The translations under genes were made by a program, and so were the position numbers. This document shows, one piece after another, positions 40,001 through 52,000 of a DNA stretch of 64,000 nucleotides. Source of the DNA: Balanoglossus misakiensis (lineage: Eukaryota > Animalia > Hemichordata). The notes below the pieces were generated by a model. The model worked only from the letters and a program-made list of their open reading frames with translations. It did not search any database and was not told the origin of the DNA. Location of the stretch: NCBI GenBank assembly GCA_040954595.2, contig CM082596.2, positions 3,651,025-3,715,024 on the forward strand, written 5' to 3'. Numbering within the stretch: position 1 is the first letter of the stretch; each line of letters begins with the position of its first letter.

Positions 40001-43000
40001 TGCAGTTTCTGCTGCAACTTCCACAGTCTTGGTTACTGTGGTAGTGGTTGTCGTGGTAACTTCCTCAATGATTTCTGGCTGAACAGCAACTGCAAAGAAA
40101 ATTGTATCAAAAATATGAGTATACATACAATAGTGAAAAGAAAGTGGACATGGTTACTTTCTGTTGATCCTAAATTAAAAATGCATTTAGGTACATGTAA
40201 GCCATGTCCAAAAATGCAAGAGACTCAAGTAAAAAGATTGGTTTGTCAGACTATGACCATTTGTGAAAATGCAGGGCGGTTCTATGCAAAGTACAAGGCA
40301 TGTAATAAACTACAGATTTCATCAAGTTGCAACTAGAATGATGTCATATGATCAAATGTTTGGTATGTGCATTTTCAAACAATGGCTATGAAGTATAAGA
40401 CTTGAATGTGTTCTATCATTTTAAATAAAATGTATAGTGCAATCATATATGTACATGGAAAATATGCCTTAAACACCACATTGTTGCAAGTTGATGAATT
40501 TCATTTGTAAAAGATATTGTCAAAAAAGAGCAAAATGCAAAATGCTTGTAAAAAGTGCAAACTGTAAAGTTGAGAGCAGAAGCATTAAGCTTTTTGAAAA
40601 AAATAAAATAGCCATGTGCAAAATGTATTCATTTGCTGAACAAAAAGCAAGTAAAAATGCAGTTGCTTTGATTGTACAGCCAAAAATGTATCGCTTTGTT
40701 GGTGCAGCCAAAATATAGTGCAGTGAGTTGAAGTGTGAGAGCCATGGCGTCAATCCTGTCTGCAAACTGAACTTGGAAAAAAGTGTCATTTTCCATCATC
40801 CCTGTACGTATTTCAATACAATATGTAATAATACTTTAGTCATGCGCGGTCATACCACCTGAGTAGCCATAAAGGCAATTAAACCATGCCCTGGTTGATA
40901 TGTAGTAGAATTCAATTGTACATGTACATTCAACAAGTGTGTTATCGATAGACATTTGACTTTGGCCAGCATTGGCTTGTCATGCTGTACCCATACACAT
41001 CATGCAGTAAACATAGTTTCCAGTGTTACATACTGCACAATGCATAAGTTTCATTTACAGAAGGTTTCAAACCTTCAATTGTCTCGGTAGAAGTTGTTTC
41101 CTTGGGTAGTATTAGCTCCATTACAGTTGGTTCTGTTTCAAATTCCATCTCAAAATCTGTTCGACTTGTAACATCTCGTCCTGGCAATGTTATTTCGGAG
41201 ACTTCATGAGCAGGTTTTCTGGGTAGGTCAACTTTGATCTCTCCCAAGTGAAATTCTTCAGGTTCCTTTGCAGGAATGACAACTTCAGTAACTGCTCTTG
41301 TTTCTGGTATTTGCTCTGTGCTTTTTTCTGCTGTGAAAGGAATTTCTGATTTCTCAGCAGCTTCCAGCACTTCTATTCTGTCTTTGGGAACTTCGACCAA
41401 TTCTTCCCATGGGATGGATTCCTCTCTTTCTGTAATTGTTTGTGGAATAACTGCAGTCTCGTGAATAGTGTCCAGTTCTTGCCTTTCCACTGCATCTGCT
41501 GGAACTTCAACAGACTCTTCCCATGAGACAAGTTCTTCTGTCTTGGTTGGTTCAAAGTATTCACCTGGTTTCTTAATTACCCGTTCTGTTTCCCTAACAT
41601 CCTCTGGGATTGTGCCTGTTATTTCCATTTGAATAACCTTTTCTTTTTCTGTAACTTTGAGTACAGGGCGGATAACAAACTCTGCTTCTTTTTCTTCTGT
41701 CTTGGGTTTTTCTTTTTCCACTACTTCGACTTCTTCCCACTCGACAGCTTCTTCTTGTTCACTTACTGCAAGTGGTGCAACAGGGGTCTCTTCCACTGTT
41801 CTGGGCAGGACTATCTCTTTCTCCACATTCTCCAATTTCTCCCATTCCACTTGCTCTTCAGCTGTAGGCACTTCTACAGGTTTCACAGGAACTTCTTCCA
41901 CTGGCTTTCTCAACTCGGTTGGTCTTTCTGGAGTAACAACTGGGGCCTCCTCCCATGTGAATGACAAAGCAAGTTCAGCAGCAGACAGCTCCTTGTGGGT
42001 ATCTTCTTCTTTTGCTTTTTCCGCAGTCTTTGGTTCTACAAAGGAAACATCAGATTCCTCCCAAGGAACAGCCTCTTCTTGTGCAGGAAGTTTAACAAAT
42101 GTTACTTCTTCTAACACTGCTTCAGGTAATTTCTCTTTTTCCCTTTCTGTGACAACTTCTTCTGCTATCTCCCACGGCATCTCCTCTTTCTTTTCTGGTA
42201 TTTTATATGGAATTACAGACACTTTAACACCGTCTTCGGGTACTTTAGCTTCATGCGGTACATCTTCAAGTTTTTCCCAAGTCATCACTTCTTCTTTTTC
42301 TGGAGCCTTTTCAGAAACAAGAGGCAACTCAGATGAAACTAGTTCTTCTCTTGGCAGTTTTTCTGTTGCAATGGTATCAAGTTTTTCCCATGGTACAGAC
42401 TCTTCCTCAACAACAGATGTCATGGGTTTGACTGGTTCCTCTGTGATTGTTTCCTTGACAACGGTAGGTTTACTCGGTTTGATTTCTTCCGGCTCTTCCC
42501 AAATCAAAGATTCTGTCATTTCTGACACAGACAATCCTTCTGATGGGACCTCTTCAACCAAAGATGGTTTTTCAGCTTCTTTGATATCAACACCAAGTTT
42601 TTCCCAAGGCATAGCCTCTTCCTGGGCTGGCAATTTTATTGATACAATCGGTACCTCGCCTATTTTGTCAACATCTTCCAGCTCTGGACTCACTTCAGAT
42701 GGCAAAACAACAGTCACTCTTTGAGTTGGTTCTTCCTCTTTGGGCAGCTCAACAACTTTTTCTACAAACACTTCAATGATAGTTGAGATAGTGCCATATT
42801 CATTGGTAGCTTTGCATTCAAATTCTGCATCATCTTCTTCAGTCACTGGTGCAATCACAAGGAGGCAAGTACCGTCTGATTCAAAGATACTTGTATACCT
42901 CTTTCCACTGACAACTTCACCCTCCTTATACCATGTAACTTCAGGTCGTGGAAATCCTGCAACTTCACACTCTAAAGTGACAACTCCTCCTTGCTCTGCT

Positions 43001-46000
43001 ATGATTTCTTCTTCTTTGGATTTTATGTAAGGCTTTTCAGGCTCACTCACTACTTTCTCCTCTTCAGGAAGAATAAATTGCATTTCAATCTCTCTTTCAG
43101 TAGTGTCTTCAAGGACAATTTCAGTGCGCTCCATAGTTTGAGGCTGGATTTCAAATTCAGCTACTTCAGATACATCAGTTGTTTCTTTAGAAACTGCTTT
43201 GTCGGTAACATCTGCCTGGACAGGAACATCTTGCAACTTCTCCCATGGTACAGCTTCCTCTTTTTCTGTAACTTTCTTGGAAATTAGAGTTACCTCTTTC
43301 ACATGCTCAACTTGTTGCTCATCAGGCTTTTTCACCACTACAACAATATCTGGTTCTTCCCATGGGAATGCCTCTTCTTGCTCAGGAAGTTCAAAATGCA
43401 CTGTTACTTTTTCTTCAGATATCTCTGAAGGTTTGACCTCATCAGGTGTTATTCCAAGTTTTTCCCAAGACAGGGTCTCTTCTTGCGATGTCACCTGGGC
43501 AGGAATAACGTCAACTTCTGTAATTTCCTTTTGATCCTTAGCTGGAATGACAATTTCCACTTCTTGTGGTGTTTCCCATATTGTTGATTCTTCTTCAGTC
43601 AAAGGAGCTTCTACTTTGGGTGTAGGTTTCTTTTCTGCTGTTGTGGGCACTGGAACTTCTTTGGAAATGATGTCAAGTTTTTCCCATGGTACAGACTCTT
43701 CCTCAACAACAGATGTCATGGGTTTGACTGGTTCCTCTGTGATTGTTTCCTTGACAACGGTAGGTTTACTCGGTTGGATTTCTTCAGGTTCTTCCCAAAT
43801 CAAAGATTCTGTCATTTCTGACACAGATAATCCTTCGGATGGCACCTCTTCAACCAAAGCTGGTTTTTCAGCTTCCTTGATATCAACACCAAGCTTTTCC
43901 CAAGGCATAGCCTCTTCCTGGGCTGGCAATTTTATTGATACAATCGGTACCTCACCAATTTTGTCAACATCTTCCAGCTCTGGACTCACTTCAGATGGCA
44001 AAACAACAGTCACTCTTTGAGTTGGTTCTTCCTCTTTTGGCAGCTCAACAACCTTTTCTACAAACACTTCAATGATAGTTGAGATAGTGCCATATTCATT
44101 GGTAGCTTTGCATTCAAATTCTGCATCATCTTCTTCAGTCACTGGTGCAATCACAAGGAGGCAAGTACCATCTGATTCAAAGATACTTGTATACCTCTTC
44201 CCACTGACAACTTCACCCTCCTTATACCATGTAACTTCAGGTCGTGGAAATCCTGCAACTTCACACTCTAAAGTGACAACTCCTCCTTGCTCTGCTGTGA
44301 TTTCTTCTTCCTTGGATTTTATGTAAGGCTTTTCAAGCTCACTCACTACTTTCTCTTCTTCAGGAAGTTTAAATTCCATTTCAATCTCTCTTTTAGTTTC
44401 TTCAAGGACAATTTCAGTGCGCTCCATAGTTTGAGGCTGGATTTCAAATTCAGCTACTTCAGATACATCAGGTGTTTCTTTAGGAACTGCTTTGTCGGTA
44501 ACTTCTGCTTCGACAGGTACATCTTGCAACTTCTCCCATGGTACAGCTTCTTCTTTTTCTGTAACTTTCTTGGAAATTACAGTTACCTCTTTCACATGCT
44601 CCACTTGTTGCTCATCCGGTTTTTTCACCACTACAACAATTTCTGGTTCTTCCCATGGGAATGCCTCTTCTTGCTCAGGAAGTTCAAAATGCACTGTTAC
44701 CTTTTCTTCAGATATCTCTGAAGGTTTGACCTCATCAGGTGTTATTCCCAGTTTTTCCCAAGACAGGGTCTCCTCTTGCGATGTCACCTGGGCAGGAATA
44801 ATGTCAACTTCTGTAATTTCCTTTTGATCTTTAGCTGGAATAACAATTTCCACTTCTTGTGGCGTTTCCCATATTGTTGATTCTTCTTCGGTCAAAGGAG
44901 CTTCTACTTTGGGTGTACGTTTCTTTTCTGCTGTTTTGGGCACTGGAACTTCTTTGGAAATGATGTCAAGTTTTTCCCATGGAACAGACTCTTCCTCAAC
45001 AACAGATGTCATGGGTTTGACTGGTTCCTCTGTGATTGTTTCCTTGACAACGGTAGGTTTACTCGGTTGGATTTCTTCAGGTTCTTCCCAAATCAATGAT
45101 TCTGTCATTTCTGATACAGATAATCCTTCTGATGGGATCTGCTCAACCATAGATGGTTTTTCAGCTTCCTGGATATCAACACCAAGCTTTTCCCAAGGCA
45201 TAGCCTCTTCCTGGGCTGGCAATTTTATTGATACAATTGGTACCTCACCTATTTTGTCAACATCTTCAAGATCTGGGCTCACTTCAGATGGCAAAACAAC
45301 AGTCACTCTTTGAGTTGGTTCTTCCTCTTTGGGCAGCTCAACAACTTTTTCTACAAACACTTCAATGATAGTTGAGATAGTGCCATATTCATTGGTAGCT
45401 TTGCATTCAAATTCTGCATCATCTTCTTCAGTCACTGGTGCAATCACAAGGAGGCAAGTACCATCTGATTCAAAGATACTTGTATACCTCTTCCCACTGA
45501 CAACTTCACCCTCCTTATACCATGTAACTTCAGGTCTTGGAAATCCTGCAACTTCACACTCTAAAGTGACAACTCCTCCTTGCTCTGCTGTGATTTCTTC
45601 TTCCTTGGATTTTATGTAAGGCTTTTCAAGCTCACTCACTACTTTCTCTTCTTCAGGAAGAATAAATTCCATTTCAATCTCTCTTTCAGTAGTGTCTTCA
45701 AGGACAATTTCAGTGCGCTCCATAGTTTGAGGTTGGATTTCAAATTCAGCCATCTCAGATACATCAGTTGTTTCTTTGGGAACTGCTTTGTCGGTAACTT
45801 CTGCTTCGACAGGAACATCCTGCAACTTCTCCCATGGTACAGCTTCCTCTTTTTCTGTCACTGTCTTTGAAATTAGAGTTACCTCTTTCACATGCTCCAC
45901 TTGTTGCTCATCAGGCTTTTTCACCACTACAACAATATCTGGTTCTTCCCATGGGAATGCCTCTTCTTGCTCAGGAAGTTCAAAATGCACTGTTACTTTT

Positions 46001-49000
46001 TCTTCGGATATCTCTGAAGGTTTGACCTCATCAGGTGTTATTCCCAGTTTTTCCCAAGACAGAGTCTCTTCTTGCGATGTCACCTGGGCTGGAATAATGT
46101 CAACTTCTGTAATTTTCTTTTGATCCTTAGCTGGAATGACAATTTCCACTTCTTGTGGTGTTTCCCATATCGTTGATTCTTCCTCAGTCAGAGGAGCTTC
46201 TACTTTTGGAGTAGGTTTCTTTTCTGCTGTTGTGGGCACTGGAACATCTTTGGAAATGATGTCAAGTTTTTCCCATGGTACAGACTCTTCCTCAACAACA
46301 GATGTCATGGGTTTGACTGGTTCCTCTGTGATTGTTTCCTTGACAACGGTAGGTTTGCTCGGTTTGATTTCTTCAGGTTCTTCCCAAATCAAAGATTCTG
46401 TCATTTCTGATACAGATAATCCTTCTGATGGGATCTCCTCAACCAAAGCTGGTTTTTCAGCTTCCTTGATATCAACACCAAGCTTTTCCCAAGGCATAGC
46501 TTCTTCCTGGGCTGGCAATTTTATTGATACAATTGGTACCTCACCTATTTTGTCAACATCTTCCAGCTCTGGACTCACTTCAGATGGCAAAACAACTGTC
46601 ACTCTTTGAGTTGGTTCTTCCTCTTTGGGCAGCTCAACAACCTTTTCTACAAACACTCCAAATAAGGATGAGATAGTGCCATATTCATTGGTAGCTTTGC
46701 ATTCAAATTCTGCATCATCTTCTCCAGTCACTGGTGCAATCACAAGGAGGCAAGTACCATCTGATTCAAAGATACTTGTGTATCTCTTTCCACTGACAAC
46801 CTCACCTTCCTTGTACCATGTAACCTCAGGTTTAGGATATCCAGAAATTGTGCATTCTAGAGTGGCCCTTTCACCCAATATTACATCAATTTCTTTGAGT
46901 TCAGCAGTTATTTGGGGTTTTGCTTCAAGAGTTTTAGGCATGTCAATTTCAGCAACTGAGGTATCATGTTTCACCTCCTCAACTGTTGTTTCCACTGTTT
47001 GTATGACTGTAGTGGTAGTTACAGTTTCAGTATGTTCTTCCCTAATAGATTCAACTATATTTAGAATAAAAGAGCAGTGAAATTATTACGGAGAAAATGA
47101 ATGGAACATGATGAAGATGATGACAATAATGGTACTTTACAATAAAATACCCATCTGCTGAACAAAATAAGCATATGAAGGGACAAAGCACAAAAATCAA
47201 ATTTGACATTCAATAATGCAAAAAGATACATCAAAGATGACTTACCTGTAATAATAAGTTCAGCAAATGTTGACGTTTCATCAATCACATTTTTCGCTCT
47301 GCACTCAAATTCAGTTTCGTCATCTTCTTCTACCACTGGGATAATAAGTAGACATGTTCCATCTGTTTCATACACTGAAATGTACCGCTCTGTATCTGTT
47401 ATCTCTCTGCCATTTTTCAACCAGGTGATTTCAGGTCTAGGCTCGCCAATAACTTTACATTCCAATTTGGCTTCTTCGCCCATGTTAACTTCGATATCTT
47501 CTAGTTCCTTAACAAACGTTGGCTCTGAAAAGGCTACACTTATTTCTCCCAGATTAACTTCTTCTGGTTTCTTTTCAGGAATCACAATTTCACTAATAGC
47601 CCTTGTCTCTTTCTCATCTTCCTTCACTGAAATGTGTAACTCTCTTTCTTCCACTGCGGTCGTAGCTTCACTAACATCAGTAACTGTTTCAGGAACATCT
47701 GTCAGTTTTTCCCATGCTAGTGCTTCTTCCTTTTCTGTAATCTGACTTGGGACAATAGTTTCTACAACCTCCTCCAACTGTGTTGTTTCTGGGATCTTGA
47801 CGGTAACTTCTTCTGGCTCCTCCCAGGCAAGTGATTGTTCCATTTGTGATATTTGAAGTGGTGCAGTTTGAAACGGTTCCAGTGTCTCTGGTTCTTCAGC
47901 TTGGTCTACTGTTTCTCCCAACTTTTCCCATGGCAAAGCTTCTTCTTGCTCCATCACTTTCTTCATTGCTACTGGAACTTCTTCCTCAATAACTGGCTTC
48001 TCATGCTTAGGAGCAGTCACTTGGGTTTCTGTTGGTTCTTCCCAGGTCAGGTCTTCACTGATTTCAGCTAGAGGCAATCTCACCAATGTCTGCGGCTCAG
48101 CCCTTGATACTTCCACCAATTCCTCTTCGGAAATTCCCAACTTTTCCCAGGCCATAGGTTCTTCTTGCTCTGTTACTTTCTTCATTGCTACTGGCATTTC
48201 TTCTTCAATTATTGGTCTTTCTGGTTTTGGAGTTACTGCCTTGACCTCTTCAGGTTCTTCCCAGGTTAGATCATCTGTTGTTTCAGCTAGGGGCAAACTC
48301 ACCAATGTCTTCGGCTCAGCCTTTGACACTTCCACCAATTCCTCTTCGGAAATTCCCAACTTTTCCCAGGCCATAGGTTCTTCCTGTTCCATTACTTTCT
48401 TCATAGCTACTGGAACTTCTTCTTCAATAACTGGCTTCTCATGCTTAGGAGCAGTCACTTGGGTTTCTGTTGGTTCTTCCCAGGTCAGGTCTTCACTGAT
48501 TTCAGCTAGGGGCAAACTCACCAATGTCTTCGGCTCAGCCTTTGATACTTCAACCAATTCCTGTTCTGAAATTCCCAACTTTTCCCAAGCCATAGGTTCT
48601 TCCTGCTCTGTTACTTTCTTCATTGCTACTGGCATTTCTTCTTCAATTATTGGTCTTTCTGGTTTTGGAGTTACTGCCTTGACCTCTTCAGGTTCTTCCC
48701 AGGTTAGATCATCTGTTGTTTCGGCTAGAGGCAAACTCACCAATGTCTTTGGCTCAGCCTTTGACACTTCTATCAATTCCTCTTCGGAAATTCCCAACTT
48801 TTCCCAGGCCATAGGTTCTTCTTGCTCTGTTACTTTCTTCATTGCTACTGGCATTTCTTCTTCAATTATTGGTCTTTCTGGTTTTGGAGTTACTGCCTTG
48901 ACCTCTTCAGGTTCTTCCCAGGTTAGATCATCTGTTGTTTCAGCTAGGGGCAAACTCACCAATGTCTTCGGCTCAGCCTTTGACACTTCCACCAATTCCT

Positions 49001-52000
49001 CTTCGGAAATTCCCAACTTTTCCCAGGCCATAGGTTCTTCCTGTTCCATTACTTTCTTCATAGCTACTGGAACTTCTTCTTCAATAACTGGCTTCTCATG
49101 CTTAGGAGCAGTCACTTGGGTTTCTGTTGGTTCTTCCCAGGTCAGGTCTTCACTGATTTCAGCTAGGGGCAAACTCACCAATGTCTTCGGCTCAGCCTTT
49201 GATACTTCAACCAATTCCTGTTCTGAAATTCCCAACTTTTCCCAGGCCATAGGTTCTTCTTGCTCTGTTACTTTCTTCATTGCTACTGGCATTTCTTCTT
49301 CAATTATTGGTCTTTCTGGTTTTGGAGTTACTGCCTTGACCTCTTCAGGTTCTTCCCAGGTTAGATCATCTGTTGTTTCGGCTAGAGGCAAACTCACCAA
49401 TGTCTTTGGCTCAGCCTTTGACACTTCTATCAATTCCTCTTCGGAAATTCCCAACTTTTCCCAGGCCATAGGTTCTTCCTGCTCTGTTACTTTCTTCATT
49501 GCTACTGGCATTTCTTCCTCAATTATTGGCTCCTCCTTCTTTGGTGCTATCACCCTAGCTTCTTCTGGTTCTTCCCAAGCTAAGTCTTCTGTCATTTCTG
49601 CCAATGGCAAGCTAACCAATGTTCTTTGTTGAGCCTTTAACAATTCCATAGACTCTTGTTTGGATATTTCTAGCTCTTCCCATGGCAAAGTCTCTTCTTT
49701 TACTGTAATAACACTTGCTGTGATAACAGTTTCCTCCTCAGCTACTTCAACAGGTGCTAGCTTGTCTTCAACCAGTTCAGTATGTTCTGTTAGGACCATG
49801 GTTTCTGTTTCAGGTGTATATGTTAGCTTGATTTCAGCTGGAAGTGGCTTGATATGCTCAGGTTTTTCATCTTCAGGTTTGACTTCACCTGGAGCCTCAA
49901 ATGTGATGGGTGCTTCCCTCTGAATAGTCTCTTCTAACACTTTCTCAGTTGGAACTGAGGGAACAGTCTCCATTTTGTCAACTTCTAAGGTCACTTCAAC
50001 AGCTTCTTCAACTGGCTCTACCTGTTCAGTCTTCGTTACTTTGAAGGTTCTTGGAACAACAGTCTCCTCTACGTTGCCTTCTTTGTCTTTGATTATGACG
50101 AGAATCTCCGCTGGTTCTTCCCAGGGGACAGCTTCTTCTTTCTTTAGTGGAATTGTCAGCTCCCTTTCAGGTCTGATGCTGACAGTATCTTCCTTTTCTG
50201 GAGCTACTTCTTCAGTTCTTTCAATGGTGACAATCTCTTCTTTTTCAGATACATAGTCCAACCTCAGTTCAGCAGGAATGGCAGTCACATGAGCAGGTTT
50301 TTCTTCCTCGGGTTTGACTTCACCAGGGACTTCAAACGAGATGGGTGCTTCCCTCTGAATAGTTTCTTCTAAAACCTTCTCAGTTGGCACTGTGGGAACA
50401 GTTTCCATTTCGTCAATCTCTAGGGTGACTTCAACAGCTTCTTCAACAGGCACTACCTGTTCAGTCTTCGTTACTTTGAAGGTTCTTGGTACAACAGTTT
50501 CTTCTACATTGCCTTCTTTGTCTTTGATTATGACGAGAATCTCAGCTGGTTCTTCCCAAGGGACAGCTTCCTCTTTCGCAAGCGGAATTGTCAACTCCAC
50601 TTCTGGTCTGATGCTGACAGTGTCTTTTATGTCTGAAGCTACCTCTTCAGTTCTTTCAGTGGTAACCACCTCTTCTTTTTCAGATACATAGTCCAGCCTC
50701 AGTTCAGCAGGAATGGCAGTCACATGAGCAGGTTTTTCTTCCTCGGGTTTGACTTCACCAGGAACCTCAAAGGAGATGGGTGCTTCCCTCTGAATAGTTT
50801 CTTCTAAAACCTTCTCAGTTGGCACTGTGGGTACAGTCTCCACTTTGTCAATCTCTAGGGTGACTTCAACAGCTTCTTCAACTGGAACCACCTGTTCAGT
50901 CTTGGTTACTTTGAAGGTTCTTGGTACAACAGTCTCCTCGACATTACCTTCTTTGTCTTTAATTACGACAAGAATCTCAGCTGGTTCTTCCCAAGGGACA
51001 GCTTCCTCTTTCGCAAGCGGAATTGTCAACTCCACTTCTGGTCTGATGCTGACAGTGTCTTTTATGTCTGAAGCTACCTCTTCAGTTCTTTCAGTGGTAA
51101 CCACCTCTTCTTTTTCAGATACATAGTCCAGCCTCAGTTCAGCAGGAATGGCAGTCACATGAGCAGGTTTTTCTTCCTTGGGTTTGACTTCACCAGGAAC
51201 CTCAAAGGAGATGGGTGCTTCCATCTGAATAGTTTCTTCAACAACCTTCTCAGTTGGAACTATTGGGACGGTCTCCATTTCGTCAATCTCCATGGTGACT
51301 TCAACAGCTTCTTCAACTGGCTCTACCTGTTCAGTCTTGGTTACTTTGAAGGTTCTTGGTACAACAGTCTCCTCGACATTACCTTCTTTGTCTTTAATTA
51401 CGACAAGAATCTCAGCTGGTTCTTCCCAAGGGACAGCTTCCTCTTTCGCAAGCGGAATTGTTAACTCCCTTTCAGGTCTGATGCTGACAGTATCTTCTTT
51501 TTCTGGAGCTACCTCTTCAGTTCTTTCAATGGTAACAATCTCTTCTTTTTCAGATACATAATCAAGCCTCAGTTCAGCAGGAATGGCAGTCACATGAGCA
51601 GGTTTTTCTTCCTCGGGTTTGACTTCACCAGGAACCTCAAAGGAGATGGGTGCTTCCCTCTGAATAGTTTCTTCTAAAACCTTCTCAGTTGGCACTGTGG
51701 GAACAGTTTCCATTTTGTCAATCTCTATGGTGACTTCAACAGCTTCTTCAACTGGAACCACCTGTTCAGTCTTGGTTACTTTGAAGGTTCTTGGTACAAC
51801 AGTCTCCTCGACATTACCTTCTTTGTCTTTGATTATGACAAGAATCTCAGCTGGTTCTTCCCAAGGGACAGCTTCTTCTCTCTTAAGTGGAATTGTTGGT
51901 ACCCCTTCAGGTCTGATACTAATGGTATCCCGTTTGTCTGGTGCTATCTCTTCAGTTCTTTCAACACTGACAATCTCTTCCTTTTCAGGGATGTAAGCAA

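Noticed and set aside
41026-41072. Alternative donor TCT|GTAAAT at 41058, or termination of the giant exon at 41026
   Set aside because: Phase 0 is incompatible with the next exon, and I found no AATAAA in the following intron
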